A DNA stretch of 62,820 nucleotides, filler included, from Nemertoderma westbladi (taxonomy: Eukaryota > Animalia > Xenacoelomorpha), in assembly GCA_032718475.1 (NCBI GenBank). It is 2 parts of 2 records of this genome, joined end to end, with 100 filler letters (N's around TTAATTAATTAA, not from the genome) between each part and the next. Parts side by side here need not be neighbours in the genome. Positions count along the whole stretch, not along the records: positions 1 to 31,727 come from JAUCBJ010001953.1; 1 more part is not named here. The stretch is one strand, 5' to 3'. The notes under the pieces were generated by a model, which ran no database searches, was not told where the DNA came from, and was given only the letters and a program-made list of their open reading frames with translations. Shown here piece after piece: positions 1-11,515 of this stretch (the first letter of the stretch is position 1; every line of letters begins with the position of its first letter). Made by a program: the position numbers and the translations under genes.

Positions 1-2
1 CA

Positions 3-1996
3 GACATCGCTTCCCGAGGAGCGACTCAAAGGAATTGGTAAATACTCCCGAATGGTTAGGAGGACCCGACTTTCTCTACAGAGAAGAAGAAGAATGGCCT
101 CCCCATCTCACAACAGCAGAGATCAGACAGGCCAAGGGAGCGGAGAAAGTTAAACCCAAAACTCGAGCGAGTAAATCGAAGTTGTTTAAACCTGCGGTTG
201 ATCTATCTGTATTATTTACTTCCGGAGATGATGCTTTGGATCAGAAACCCACCGCCACGACTAGAGAAGTCTTGGAAATCCGTGACAAGGATTGGAAATC
301 TGGAATACCAGATATCGCTCAAGGACTCTCACCTCTCTTGCAGAGAGCGATACGTCACTACAGTTCCTGGAATCGGCTCTGTAAAGCTGTCTCCTATTTG
401 AAACGATGTTTTCATCATCGTTACTCCGGGACAAAGACCAATAGTGATGATGCTCCATCAACATCTGCACGAGTCCATGTTGTTAAAGATCTCCCCAAGT
501 ACAAGATATCCGACAGGTTTCTAAAGGAGAAGATCAGTTACCAGGAGCATGATGAAACCAACAAACAGATGCTGAGACTCCTACAATGCTATGAGGATTC
601 CGATAAGTATTTCCTGTTGTTAAGAAATCCGCAGATGCGCTTAAGGGATCGCTTCTCTAGTACCATGATAGATGGGTTAATACGTGTTGGAGGCAGGCTA
701 ACCAACGCCCCGTTATCCTTTGACACTAAGTTTCCCATACTCATTAGAAATCTTGACATACAAATCAAGATGATTGTAGATGTTCATAGCAAACTGTACC
801 ATGCTGGTAGAGAACGAGTTCTGAGCGAAATTCGAACTCGCTACTATTTTTATAAACCCCGTAGGGCTCTGAACCAAGTTCTTAGGAACTGCATACCCTG
901 TAGGAAAGCATTCAGTAGGCCTTTAACACAGCGAGAGGCAGAATTACCTAGGGAAAGAGTAAGCTTCTATGAACCACCCTTTACTAATACCGGTGTGGAT
1001 TTATTTGGCCCTATTGAAGTATATCGTGCCCGGACTATAGTCAAGAGATGGTGTGTCATCTTCGTTTGTATGACTTGTAGAGCTATCCATCTCGATATGG
1101 TAAACGATCTATCCACCAACAGCTTCGTGTTGAGTTTACGACGACAGATCGCTCGCTTCGGAACCAGTAACACGATGAGATCGGATAAGGGAACGAACTT
1201 CATTGGCGCCAACAACGAAATTCAAGCTTACGTAAAGGACTGGAACAAAAGACAGGTGGACGATCAGCTAAGGATAACAGCGTCTAGCTGGACCTTCAAC
1301 GCCGCCGACGCCCCTTGGTGGGGAGGAAGTTGGGAGAGATTGATTAGGAGCGTGAAGACTGCGTTCCACTTTATTGTGCCTTGTCGCGCTTATCTCACCG
1401 ACGAACTATTGCGGACGTTAATGGAGGAAATCGCCGCCTATCTCAACGAAAGACCGCTTATGCCAGTCTCTTCAAATCCTGATTCCCTGGAAGCGCTAAC
1501 ACCCGCGCACTTTCTACTGAAGAAGCCCGTAGCCATGCTCCCACGATCGGAGATCACAGACGGAGACGAGTACTGCCGTCGAACCTGGCAACTTATGCAG
1601 TTGCTATCCCGTCGTTTCGCTGACCATTTCGAGAAACATTACCTGCCCACTCTACAACTTCGAACTAAGTGGTTTGCGCAGCAAGAAAACGTCAGCGCTG
1701 GAGACATGGTGCTTATTGTGGACCCCGATCTCCCACGTAAGCGATGGCAAACAGGTCGTATCATCGAGACTCATATCTCGAGCGATGGTTTGGTGCGATC
1801 AGTAGAACTCGTCGTCATGCGGCGTAACTTTAAGAAACCAGGGATAGTCTTTGAGACTCAACAGCTCAATCGCCCAGTGGGTCGTTTATGTTTACTGGAA
1901 AGAGACAGAGAGCTCTCCGGAAACTATGGAAGGCAAGAAACTCTTCCCACGACCACTTCCCTAATCCAACCGACATCTAGGGACTCCCCAACTTAA
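3..1996 (+). CDS. BEL/Pao Pol C-terminus: end of RNase H, integrase zinc finger, DDE core, C-terminal domain (partial; 1-nt frameshift near 27)
   Basis: DIASRG (frame 3, nt 3-20), then W..GPDFL, GLIRVGGRL, H..HAG...C..C, PFTNTGVDLFGP, CMTCRAIHLD, SDKGTNF, APWWGGSWERLIRSVK, LNERPL, LTPAHFL, YLPTLQLRTKW, DGLVRSV. Confidence 0.95.
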   Translation, partial: HRFPRSDSKELVNTPEWLGGPDFLYREEEEWPPHLTTAEIRQAKGAEKVKPKTRASKSKLFKPAVDLSVLFTSGDDALDQKPTATTREVLEIRDKDWKSGIPDIAQGLSPLLQRAIRHYSSWNRLCKAVSYLKRCFHHRYSGTKTNSDDAPSTSARVHVVKDLPKYKISDRFLKEKISYQEHDETNKQMLRLLQCYEDSDKYFLLLRNPQMRLRDRFSSTMIDGLIRVGGRLTNAPLSFDTKFPILIRNLDIQIKMIVDVHSKLYHAGRERVLSEIRTRYYFYKPRRALNQVLRNCIPCRKAFSRPLTQREAELPRERVSFYEPPFTNTGVDLFGPIEVYRARTIVKRWCVIFVCMTCRAIHLDMVNDLSTNSFVLSLRRQIARFGTSNTMRSDKGTNFIGANNEIQAYVKDWNKRQVDDQLRITASSWTFNAADAPWWGGSWERLIRSVKTAFHFIVPCRAYLTDELLRTLMEEIAAYLNERPLMPVSSNPDSLEALTPAHFLLKKPVAMLPRSEITDGDEYCRRTWQLMQLLSRRFADHFEKHYLPTLQLRTKWFAQQENVSAGDMVLIVDPDLPRKRWQTGRIIETHISSDGLVRSVELVVMRRNFKKPGIVFETQQLNRPVGRLCLLERDRELSGNYGRQETLPTTTSLIQPTSRDSPT

Positions 1997-2542
1997 TATC
2001 GTTCGGAGTGGGCGTGTGACTCTATTATTTTATATTATTTTATTATTTTTATATTTATGTATGTACTACTATGTAATTTTATTATAATCGTTTTATTTAA
2101 TTTAGTAGAATATTATTTAGCGATTATTTTGTAGAATAGTGCCATATGTTCGTGTTTATTACGTACGTAATTACTTATATTATATTTAGTGAGACGGCGA
2201 AGAAATAATTATTTTTTCTCTTTCCTTACTGCCCGTATTCTATTATAAATACGTAACTACAGTAAGATGAAATGTCCGTACTTATTAAAGTACAATAAAG
2301 CCACTACTATATTTAAGTATTATTGGTAGGCAGAGTATTAGGAATGCAAAGTTCAGATCCTCGTGTCTCGGCTAAACCAAGCTCTGGGTAGACCTTGGAA
2401 ACGACTTGCCTCTTCACACTGACATTGCTTCGTGCGATATTGCTCTCATACCGTATATTAAATAATACATATAGTAGCGTGATGTCCCTTTAACAGTAGC
2501 GTATAACGCAAAATAAATCTGTTAAACCCTTTGACCATCTGT

Positions 2543-2833
2543 AATTCTAGTCGATTAAGATATCGTGGCACCCACCGATATACTTGAAAGACAAATTATA
2601 GAATCAGTGGTTAACGTCCCCAGACAAGTTCTGGAATAAATCGGTGCCCATCTCAAATATTAATTAGTTAATATTTACAAATCAAATAAGTCAAAATCTG
2701 TAAAATTCAGATCCTTCAACAATTCTAGTCAATTAAGATATCGTAGCATTTACCGATATTCTTAAAGAGACAATTTTCTTAGAATTAAGGATCTTGTGTC
2801 CCTAGACATGTTCTAGAATCAAAATATGCCCAT
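2543..2833 (+). repeat. Imperfect direct duplication (~110 bp x2) with ATATCG/CGATAT hairpin
   Basis: AATTCTAGTC(G/A)ATTAAGATATCGT..CA...ACCGATAT...AGACA.GTTCT.GAAT...TGCCCAT occurs at ~2543-2651 and again at ~2721-2833. Confidence 0.8.
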
Positions 2834-3646
2834 TTAATTATCAAATAATAAAATTTCAGGGAATAAATTTAAATTCATGTCTTTTAATGAATTTAATAAA
2901 TTGCCATTTTACGCAATTTATAACATTCCCAAAATTCCATTAATTAATAGATCAAGGGAGCGGAGATTTATATTATTATGCGTATGCGTGTACGAAAGTC
3001 TCCCAAACATAGTCAATAGCCGATAAAATTCATAAAGTCATGTATAAACAGGACATTGACTATTAAAGAATTACTATTAAATAACATCCCAGATCTGTAT
3101 GCATTGGAATTACCCTAATTCTACCGCTAGCTTTACATAATGTCACCATAGCAACAACCACGCTAGAATTAGAATTGAGTTAAAAGAACAATAGAAAGCT
3201 TGTCCCATTGAATAGCATAGGGAATAAATAGCGCACTGCTAGTATCCAAGGATACATAACAATACAGTGACATTCTGGAAGGCATTGACTAACGGACAAA
3301 TGGCCCGAATGTGCGTAGTTGTGACAAGTTGTGTGGTATTTGTGAGTTTATAGGTGAATGTTACTGCTAAAGTGTGTTTACAGTAGCTAGTCGCAATCGT
3401 AAAAGTAACCTAACTCTCCAAGGAAAACCTGAAGTACATCTAAGCCTTTGGGACGGACAGTGGAGTGACTTGTGCCGGTTATCGTTGTCGTTGTACAGCT
3501 ACGTCGTTGGCGAAAGTACAGCTACAGCGGTACATCGGCGCTGAGAATCTCCTACTGTCCGGGGGCAAGGGAGAAATAGGCAGCGACGCCCGCTCGCCTA
3601 ACGATATATAAACTCATTATAATATTGGTGAACTCGTATAGCAGAT

Positions 3647-4045
3647 ATGACTGAATTAATAGAAGATGATCTTGGTATCAGGGAGAGATATACTCTACCT
3701 TTACAAGCGTTTGTCGATAGCTTGATACGCGGCGACGCTGATCCAACTACTACGGAGGACGATGGTCGTTATATCGAACCGCCAATGTCCCAGGAGCAAC
3801 TTACGCGTGAATTGGACTATAGAAAGTTCACGGCTCGCTATACGCATCGTAATGGTACTTATATGGACTTCTTGACTACTGGTCACCCTATCGATTTACA
3901 CGATACGGACGATGTAGACACCGAAAGGGAAATGGTTTTATTTAAATATCATACCCAGCGGAGTCGAAACGATAAATCGAGAATAGAACACGAGAACTCT
4001 ATTCGAAATCAGCTCGAAAGAAAAGACGTGAAAGAAGGTTTGTAA
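3647..4045 (+). CDS. Hypothetical 132-aa acidic ORF, possibly an upstream exon of the accessory gene
   Basis: ATG-initiated ORF with protein-like composition, preceded by GCAG (possible splice acceptor); no recognised domain. Confidence 0.35.
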   Translation: MTELIEDDLGIRERYTLPLQAFVDSLIRGDADPTTTEDDGRYIEPPMSQEQLTRELDYRKFTARYTHRNGTYMDFLTTGHPIDLHDTDDVDTEREMVLFKYHTQRSRNDKSRIEHENSIRNQLERKDVKEGL

Positions 4046-4426
4046 AGACAAATATAGGCGAACCACTGGAGAGGAGACATGTGTTAATGTCCAGGTCCAT
4101 AATGTGAATAGTTTTCCCCGGGGCACGGGTGCTCGCGGGCGGTCTCCTTCGGGAGGCTGTAACTTTCCCTTCCTTCATCGTTTTCCTGTAATTATTGTGA
4201 TCAGTGTCACAATTAAAAGGCAAGAATGAATGATGATGTGACGGAAAACACATCCATTGTGGTATCTTATGGATACTATCGTATATCCTCCCTCCTCTCT
4301 ACTCCTCTTACCCTCTTATACGTTGTTACTAAAGATACGACATATTTCATCCCACCTTCTCTTCCCAACGTGCTCGGAGCTTCGGGAAACGAATACTAAA
4401 CCTCACATCCCTTACTATTAATCTGG

Positions 4427-4588
4427 ATGCTAATATTGGTGTCCGCACCTCCTGCACATGTCATATTCTGTTGATATTTATGATATCAACCTCCACCCCC
4501 TTACCATTTATTTGTATGCTAATATTGGTGTCCGCACCTCCTGTCCATGTGTCATTCTGTTGATATTTATGATATCAACTTCCACCCT
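4427..4588 (+). repeat. Tandem duplication (~75 bp x2) containing hairpin GTTGATAT-TTATG-ATATCAAC
   Basis: ATGCTAATATTGGTGTCCGCACCTCCTG...TTCTGTTGATATTTATGATATCAAC present twice. Confidence 0.85.
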
Positions 4589-4958
4589 CTCGTTGTTGAT
4601 TAGATAATCAACCACCAAGGATTTCCTTAAATCCACAACCGTGATACAAGGACTGAAAGGACACGCAGTGGTAGGTGAACAACTGGTACCATTGTGTGTC
4701 ATAAATCTGGTTGTTCACCTCCCTCAATGATTGGAGATATAAATCTTATAATCTTATGTATAACAACTGAGGCATTGAACTGGTTGTTCCCTCATCGCAC
4801 TGGGGATAAATTCAGTTGGAGATAGTCCTCGAATGTAACAATCCTCCTACTGAGATCGTATTTAGGAATATTTCTGAATACGACCTAGGTCTTCCCCTGC
4901 TCTCTACCACTACCATCAATGTCACTGTCGGAAAACATATTGGGCATACAACAGGAAT

Positions 4959-6734
4959 ATGGAGAACATTCCATACCCTTTCATTGATACTCAGCTGATT
5001 GCTCCTTGGGCCGAAGGCCGAGGTTTCTTTCGCACTATGTATGCCAATACACCCAGCGACATTACTAAGGTACAACGGACATCCATCGGACATCTTGCCT
5101 TTCAAGAATATGGATGGAATTTCAAAGTTGGAAATCCTACCAATTACCAGCAAGTATATGGAGATCATTACTCCCGTTTATATTTTGATGGACCGTTAAC
5201 TGCGCCTGGTGCCGTATATAGCTTTATGAGTGTTCCACTTCGTCCTTCCTTAGCTATATACACGATCTTTGAAAACGCAGCACTTGCCGGTTGGCTAGCC
5301 GATGTGTGCAGTCGTACCATACGCGCTCACCCATTAATACTTGGAACTAAACTCGCCAAGTTAGACGAACACAATAAGTTTATACGTTTCGAATGTTTCC
5401 GGCGCTTTCTGACTCCGTTCCGTAACGTCGATAGTCAGTTCAAGGACCGCGCGCTGACCAAACTCAGTCTGAGAGACTCAGCTGCGGAGAAACTGAGTAG
5501 CGCTGGATTTGCCGTTTTTCAAGACATTTGTATACAGAACTTACATTCATCTGTTATACAAAGACCTCGAATACCTACCGGTTATTCTGTCGTGGAAATA
5601 CAGACAGTGGGTCCACTTACGGAAACAGACGCACCCACTTCGTCTATGCAGCTGGAGGATGAGCCAGTATGCTTGGAATCAGAAGCGATTCAGCCTACAG
5701 CTTCTCGGAGCAGTGACAATGATTATGTCATAGAGTGGTATCAAGGTCCACAGCGTCTCACAGCGTACGATTATCGACACGCCAACTACGTTTCCCGAAA
5801 ACGTTGTCGATTATGCGCATCGAGAGACCACTTCACCCCTCTCGACTCCAACGCACCTTGCTCCTATTTCCTCGAACAACCGATGATGGAAATATATTGT
5901 GCTTATTGCAGACTTAATAACTCTCATATTTTTGCCGTCTGCCCTCAATTTATGACTCAATGTCACTACTGTCAACTTAAAGGACATGAAAGTTACAATT
6001 GTCCCTTTAATCGCGATTTAGAGAGCGTAGATGAAATGATCACCCTGCGATACATTCGAGCTTGGGAAGCGAACGCAGATTTACATTGCGAATCCAGACA
6101 TCGCTATTACCCTGGACGAGCTTACGAGGGAGTTTACGCGTTCCATCCTTACCTATTCGCGTCGATTGAACAGAAAACACGCGTACCAAGTTACGAGTTA
6201 ATAAAGCGTGTTGGTGAGTGTATTTCCACCAAGTTTGTCAGAAATTTACCGAAGAACGTTAACCCTAATGATATAACCACATATCACCTGATCAATTTTA
6301 TCCGTCAAGACCCTGAGTATGGCGACATCTTTGTGAACTCGCATCCTGAACTACAGGAAGTATCTCGGCGACCATATGAATATCGAACCCGAGAACGCGA
6401 GCTGGAGAGAACCATTAAACCGCGAAAGTTCCTCACCACTCACGGTCCACCCACCGCTAGTGTCCAGACGACCCGTCAAGGACCCGTGGGAGCTGCTGTC
6501 CTGAGACGCGCTCTAAAGGCCGTTAGACCTCGCTCCACTGAGGTTGATATTAATCAACCAGGTACTTCGACCGGCGGGTATACCGATCGTAACCCTGCAC
6601 CTTCTGATGCAATTATATTGCACCCTTCACCTAGGAGCTACAGCCCTCCTCGTAAAGTGGCTCGCCCCAAAGAGAAAAGGACTCTTGCTAGCCTCAAGAA
6701 ACTGCGTAAACGCCGTCCGCGCAAGAAAGACTAA
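4959..6734 (+). CDS. Accessory 591-aa protein with three CCHC-type zinc knuckles and a basic C-terminal NLS-like tail
   Basis: CRLCASRDH..C, CAYCRLNNSHIFAVC, CHYCQLKGHESYNC; ends KKLRKRRPRKKD; frame is open from 4878; no signal peptide or transmembrane stretch apparent. Confidence 0.8.
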   Translation: MENIPYPFIDTQLIAPWAEGRGFFRTMYANTPSDITKVQRTSIGHLAFQEYGWNFKVGNPTNYQQVYGDHYSRLYFDGPLTAPGAVYSFMSVPLRPSLAIYTIFENAALAGWLADVCSRTIRAHPLILGTKLAKLDEHNKFIRFECFRRFLTPFRNVDSQFKDRALTKLSLRDSAAEKLSSAGFAVFQDICIQNLHSSVIQRPRIPTGYSVVEIQTVGPLTETDAPTSSMQLEDEPVCLESEAIQPTASRSSDNDYVIEWYQGPQRLTAYDYRHANYVSRKRCRLCASRDHFTPLDSNAPCSYFLEQPMMEIYCAYCRLNNSHIFAVCPQFMTQCHYCQLKGHESYNCPFNRDLESVDEMITLRYIRAWEANADLHCESRHRYYPGRAYEGVYAFHPYLFASIEQKTRVPSYELIKRVGECISTKFVRNLPKNVNPNDITTYHLINFIRQDPEYGDIFVNSHPELQEVSRRPYEYRTRERELERTIKPRKFLTTHGPPTASVQTTRQGPVGAAVLRRALKAVRPRSTEVDINQPGTSTGGYTDRNPAPSDAIILHPSPRSYSPPRKVARPKEKRTLASLKKLRKRRPRKKD

Positions 6735-6812
6735 CTGTTTAGAGTATTTTTATATATTAGAAACTGTGATTTTGTATATTTTATAGACTTAAATCCCATT
6801 TTCTGGGAGCGG

Positions 6813-8026
6813 TGTAAAAGCTTTTGTGGGATAACTGGTTCGTTTGCTTTGCTGGCCAGTTCCCCCCCGGTCGCTAGAATACTCAAAAAGGGATCTATAG
6901 TTAAAATAGTGCAAGCTACCAGCTTATTGGCTGATTTGCTGTACGCAGGTATCTGGGCTCTGTTTAATCGGCCAACCAGCCTAGGAAGGTTGCGTCATAG
7001 CCCTGTTTTTGTATCTCCCAATAGAATTTGAGTTAGCTTTGATTTTGACCTATCACAGAGCTACTGAACTGAATTTTCCTATCTCACTGCTCTTTCTCTG
7101 TGTTGAACGGGAGCTTCGTGGAATAAGAGTAGTTGGTATCCTCGTATAGAGTAGTAGTCACGAGTTTTTCAAAGCCACGAAAGAACGGCTTTGTAGTGTT
7201 TTGTGCTTTTCTGCTTTTTAGCCCAACACTAGTAGGTTTAATTATAAGGACATATATCCTTTATCTGCTGAAACACTGCAAACTGACGAAACTAACCACT
7301 CAAATAATTGAACTAAACACGCACGACGAACTGCGTGACTCGGCTCAATCAATACTGTATACTGCTATTTGTTGTCGGTTATTCATTATATTTGTTGATG
7401 AATTATTATATTGGAATAACGAGAAATAACCCCGAAAACCCAATATTCTTGATATACCGAAGGTAAGAGAGAAAGGTTACCTATAACGATTGTGACTTAT
7501 GTTAAAGTGGTTTGAAGTGAATCTAATGTTATTTGATAGACCCTACATGAGTCAGTCTGTGTTCCTTTTATATGTGACTAAAATCAGTGAAGATTGGCAG
7601 ATTAGTGTGCAGTATTGTGCAGCATTGTGTATGAGTGAGTCTGTTAAAGAAGCAATTCCTAAAGAATGCGCCATATATGTGAATTATAATTAAGCCATAT
7701 CGTTGTGAGTAGTTTAAGTCATAACTCTGTTTATATAGATAAAGCGCCACGTCCTAAAGGAACTGTTAATATTCCCCGAAGGTGAATAATATTGTCAGAG
7801 ATTATATAATACTGTCAGTCGAATAATACATTAGGCTTACATAGCAATAAGATTAAGCCGTCGAACCCAATCTCCCGGGTATATCCAGCGGGTGAATGAT
7901 CGCGCACAGATTGGTTTCAACTAGTGTAGTGAATCAAATACTTGTCATAGGCTAAAAGGCGATTTAATATCTAGAAGACATCCTAATTTGGCGGGTTAAA
8001 CTGCCAAAGGTCTGAAAGCGCGAACA
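6813..8026 (+). repeat. Probable 3' LTR of the BEL/Pao element
   Basis: Starts TGT immediately after purine-rich GGGAGCGG; candidate ACA end; non-coding. Confidence 0.45.
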
Positions 8027-8068
8027 ATGTAGGTATAAAGCAGGTATTTCTGTATTTTAGTACCGGTA

Positions 8069-10757
8069 CCCTGCAAACAATGTATTGTTAAAAAGCTGTT
8101 ATTAGAATGTTATTTAATGACATAGATAACATTATTTCAAATTGTTAGATTAATGATAAAAAAAACTGTAAATTGGCCAAGAAATATGACGTTATATAGT
8201 AACGTTATTATTTCGTTTTTAATAACATTAAAATAACAAAGCCAGGATGGTTACATATATCATTACTTTTATGTTATTCCTTATCATTATTATTGTATTT
8301 TTATTGACATTAAAATAACAACGGCATAATGTTTATTTAGATCGTTACTTTTATGTTATTTCGTAACATAAAAATATTGTTTGCTAAACACATAACATTA
8401 TACGTGCATTTAAGCCCTTCTCTCATGTTTTATGGTTGGTTCGTTTGCTGAAACTAATAACAGAATAATCCCCCTCCATTCATTGCCGTTCTTTATATCG
8501 TTCTTTATAATTGCCAAACCCTTTATTGAATAATTAATTAATAATTTCCCTACGCATGTTGATATGGTAGTGGCAGGCTACAATCTCTAACACAGTTTGA
8601 TTGAATACAATTTTGTTGTAGGCAATTGTATGCAAATTAATAACAATTAAAACGTATAACATGAATTGAATTTTTTGTATAATGACCAGTCAGGAACAAA
8701 TAATGAAATAAACAGCAAAATCAAAGTAAAATATCACAGAAAAAGTAAACAACAAATATATGGTTGTATGGCCCATTACGTAAATGGTTTTGATATTTCG
8801 GTTAAAGTTAATCACAGACTTAAAAAGAATATGTTTATGACGTAATAATAAGTGACAACAACGTAATGAATTGCATCAATTAACATACTTTGAGTTAATA
8901 TTATTCACTAGATTTATAGATCTGATTTGTAGTCTATATAAAATAATGTACATATAGTGGGTTTAATAAATAATACCTCACAACAATGTTAAATTATTAA
9001 AAGGAGCAGGTTGCAGTTGGCTACAGAGGCACATTATTATATCCTACAGGTAAACAAAAAAAACAGGTTACAGATTTATTTCTGGGAGAGTAATCAGTAC
9101 TTATTTGAATCGATATCTCCCTGGAGAGGGATGATTTTGATTGCATCGCAAATCCTCCGTATCTGAACAAATCATATTTAAAAAATTAAATGTTAATTAT
9201 AATTATAGCTGAGTGAGCTTCATTTATTAAACTGTAAAAATAAATCAATAGGCCTAGGCCCTACAAAAGTACAATCTAAAAACTGAAACAATAAATAGTT
9301 TGTAATAACAGTTAATGTGAAGTTTTAAAATCGAAATCGAAAGAAAGTTTTGTAGTAATGCTGTCCCTGTGCCCTGCCTCTTCAACTGAAAACTGGGACC
9401 TCCCAATAATAAGAATTCCAATCTTTAGTCCTCGGCTGTTGAAATCCACCATCAGTACAGACAAATAAGTCAATCCTCCACATGTCAGTGCTGGTTTAAG
9501 GGGACTTCCTGGTCCTGGGGTCCTGGCAGACTTGAATTCTGTAATTGGTAGGTCTAATGCACTAATGCAGTAGGCCTAATGTGTGAATCCAGAGGGTAAA
9601 GGCGAACTCGCATTCAGGTAGATATGTTTTATTTATGAGTTCAGGTTAAATAAATCACAAAACCAAAACTATAAAACCAAAAAGATAAGCTACTGTACGT
9701 ACAGTGTGCAGTGCAGTAGGCATGCAGTAGCTACACTACTGCACTACAGTAATATAGAGATAGATAGGCCTTGCAGTACAGCAGTATAACAATACATATA
9801 CACAATAAACATTGAATACACGAAGTGGGGACTTCGCGCAGCACGAAGTTGGCAGAGCCTTAGCGAATTTACACTGTTAAGGGGTAGGTCAATTTATGCA
9901 AATAGTCACGTTGGCCCTCTAGCGGCAGACTGGTGAACTGCAGATAGATTCGCCTCCTTTGAAAGTCACAGCTAATGGTCTAATACATATCTGCCAAGTT
10001 TCAGCTTAAACGGATTAAAAGCAAAGAAATGGGAGGGCATTTAATGTTTAGACATGTGGCCCTCTAGCGGGAGACCATTGCACTGATGGTGTCTGAAAGT
10101 CTCTCAAAAATCTCAACTTTTGCTCATATTGATACCTACAAATTTTCAACTTGGCAGCTTTAAATCCGACAAAGTTATTAGCATGTCAAAATCGTAACGA
10201 CGACGACGACGACGACAACGACGACGACGACGACAACTATTTACATAAATTGACCCACCCCCTAACAGTGTCAATTCGCTAAGGCTCCGCCAACTTCGTG
10301 GCTCGCCCCACAGGCATGCCAGAATGAGTATTGTACAACATACCATACTGTATACCATTTACATGTGGAAAATTCCTCCATTACCGCGAATTTTAAAATT
10401 AGCGAATCATCAATCTCAGATTAGATAATAGAAGTGACAGCGTCTATGGCATAATGTTTATTTTATGCCACAAAATAACATTGTTATGATATGTAACAAA
10501 CCATGTTCTTAAAATGTTAGAACTAAACACTTATAAAACATTTTTGACAAATGTTTATGTTCTCACATTAAAATTACGTTTTTTTAACATCAACAGTTAT
10601 CATTTATTTAATGTCTGACAAAGACATTATAGAGTAATGTTAAAATAACATATTTTGAACATCTAAATATTCTATCAAACAAGGGAATAACATTTATCAA
10701 CATTTATAACAAATTAATGATGTTTTTACATTCCTTGAAAGTAAATTGTTTGCAGGG
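8069..10757. mobile_element. Non-autonomous TIR DNA transposon with TA flanks and subterminal ATAACATT/AATGTTAT motifs
   Basis: TA|CCCTGCAAACAAT ... ATTGTTTGCAGGG|TA; repeated short motifs near both ends. Confidence 0.75.
9820..10311. mobile_element. Nested non-autonomous element, Helentron-associated (HINE/DINE-1-like) or MITE, with (CGA)n microsatellite
   Basis: ~65-bp inverted repeats (CACGAAGTTGGCAGAGCCTTAGCGAATT... at ~9843; ...AATTCGCTAAGGCTCCGCCAACTTCGTG at ~10300); two internal GGCCCTCTAGCGG cores; (CGA)n at 10198-10236. Confidence 0.6.
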
Positions 10758-10835
10758 TACCGGCACCGGTACTGCTGTAGGCCTACTGTGTAGCCTACCA
10801 TTTAAATACGGTACTGGTAGGCCTAACGGCTGACC

Positions 10836-11515
10836 GATTGTTTTGGTTAGAAAATCCCGCCTCTGTAACCTGCTCCTTTCCCTCAATTAGTTAAGTGATC
10901 GTTTATTGTTTTGGTTAGGAAATCCCGCCTCTGTAACCTGCTCCTTTCTCTCAATTGGTAATGTTATCGTTTATTGTTTTGGTTAGAAAATCCCGTCTCT
11001 GTAACCTGCTCCTTTCCCTGATTTGGTAAAGTGACTGTTTATTGTTTTGTTTAGAAAATCCCGCCTCTGTAACCTGCTCCTTTCCCTCAATTAGTTAAGT
11101 GATCGTTTATTGTTTTGGTTAGGAAATCCCGCCTCTGTAACCTGCTCCTTTCTCTCAATTAGTAATGTTATCGTTTATTGTTTTGGTTAGAAAATCCCGT
11201 CTCTGTAACCTGCTCCTTTCCCTGATTTGGTAAAGTGACTGTTTATTGTTTTGGTTAGAAAATCCCGCCTCTGTAACCTGCTCCTTTCTCTCAATTGGTA
11301 ATGATATCGTTTATTGTTTTGGTTAGAAAATCCCGTCTCTGTAACCTGCTCCTTTCCCTCAATTAGTTAAATGATCGTTTATTGTTTTGGTTAGAAAATC
11401 CCGCCTCTGTAACCTGCTCCTTTCCCTGATTTGGTAAAGCGACTGTTTATTGTTTTGGTTAGAAAATCCGGCCTTAACCTGCTCCTTTCCATCAATTGGT
11501 AATTGTTTTTGGCTA
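10836..11515 (+). repeat. 68-bp tandem minisatellite, ~10 units, three unit variants
   Basis: Unit ATTGTTTTGGTTAGAAAATCCCGCCTCTGTAACCTGCTCCTTTCCCTCAATTAGTTAAGTGATCGTTT. Confidence 0.95.

Larger units (their letters stand above)
1..8026 (+). mobile_element. BEL/Pao LTR retrotransposon, 3' portion (pol end, long 3' region with extra ORF, probable 3' LTR)
   Basis: Pol C-terminus at 1-1996. PPT-like GGGAGCGG followed by TGT at 6813; candidate LTR end ...GCGCGAACA at 8026. The right boundary and LTR are inferred, since there is no second LTR copy in the window to confirm them. Confidence 0.7.

Noticed and set aside
10836-11515. CRISPR-like repeat/spacer appearance
   Set aside because: The variable parts are three recurring related variants, not unique spacers; eukaryotic context; no cas genes.
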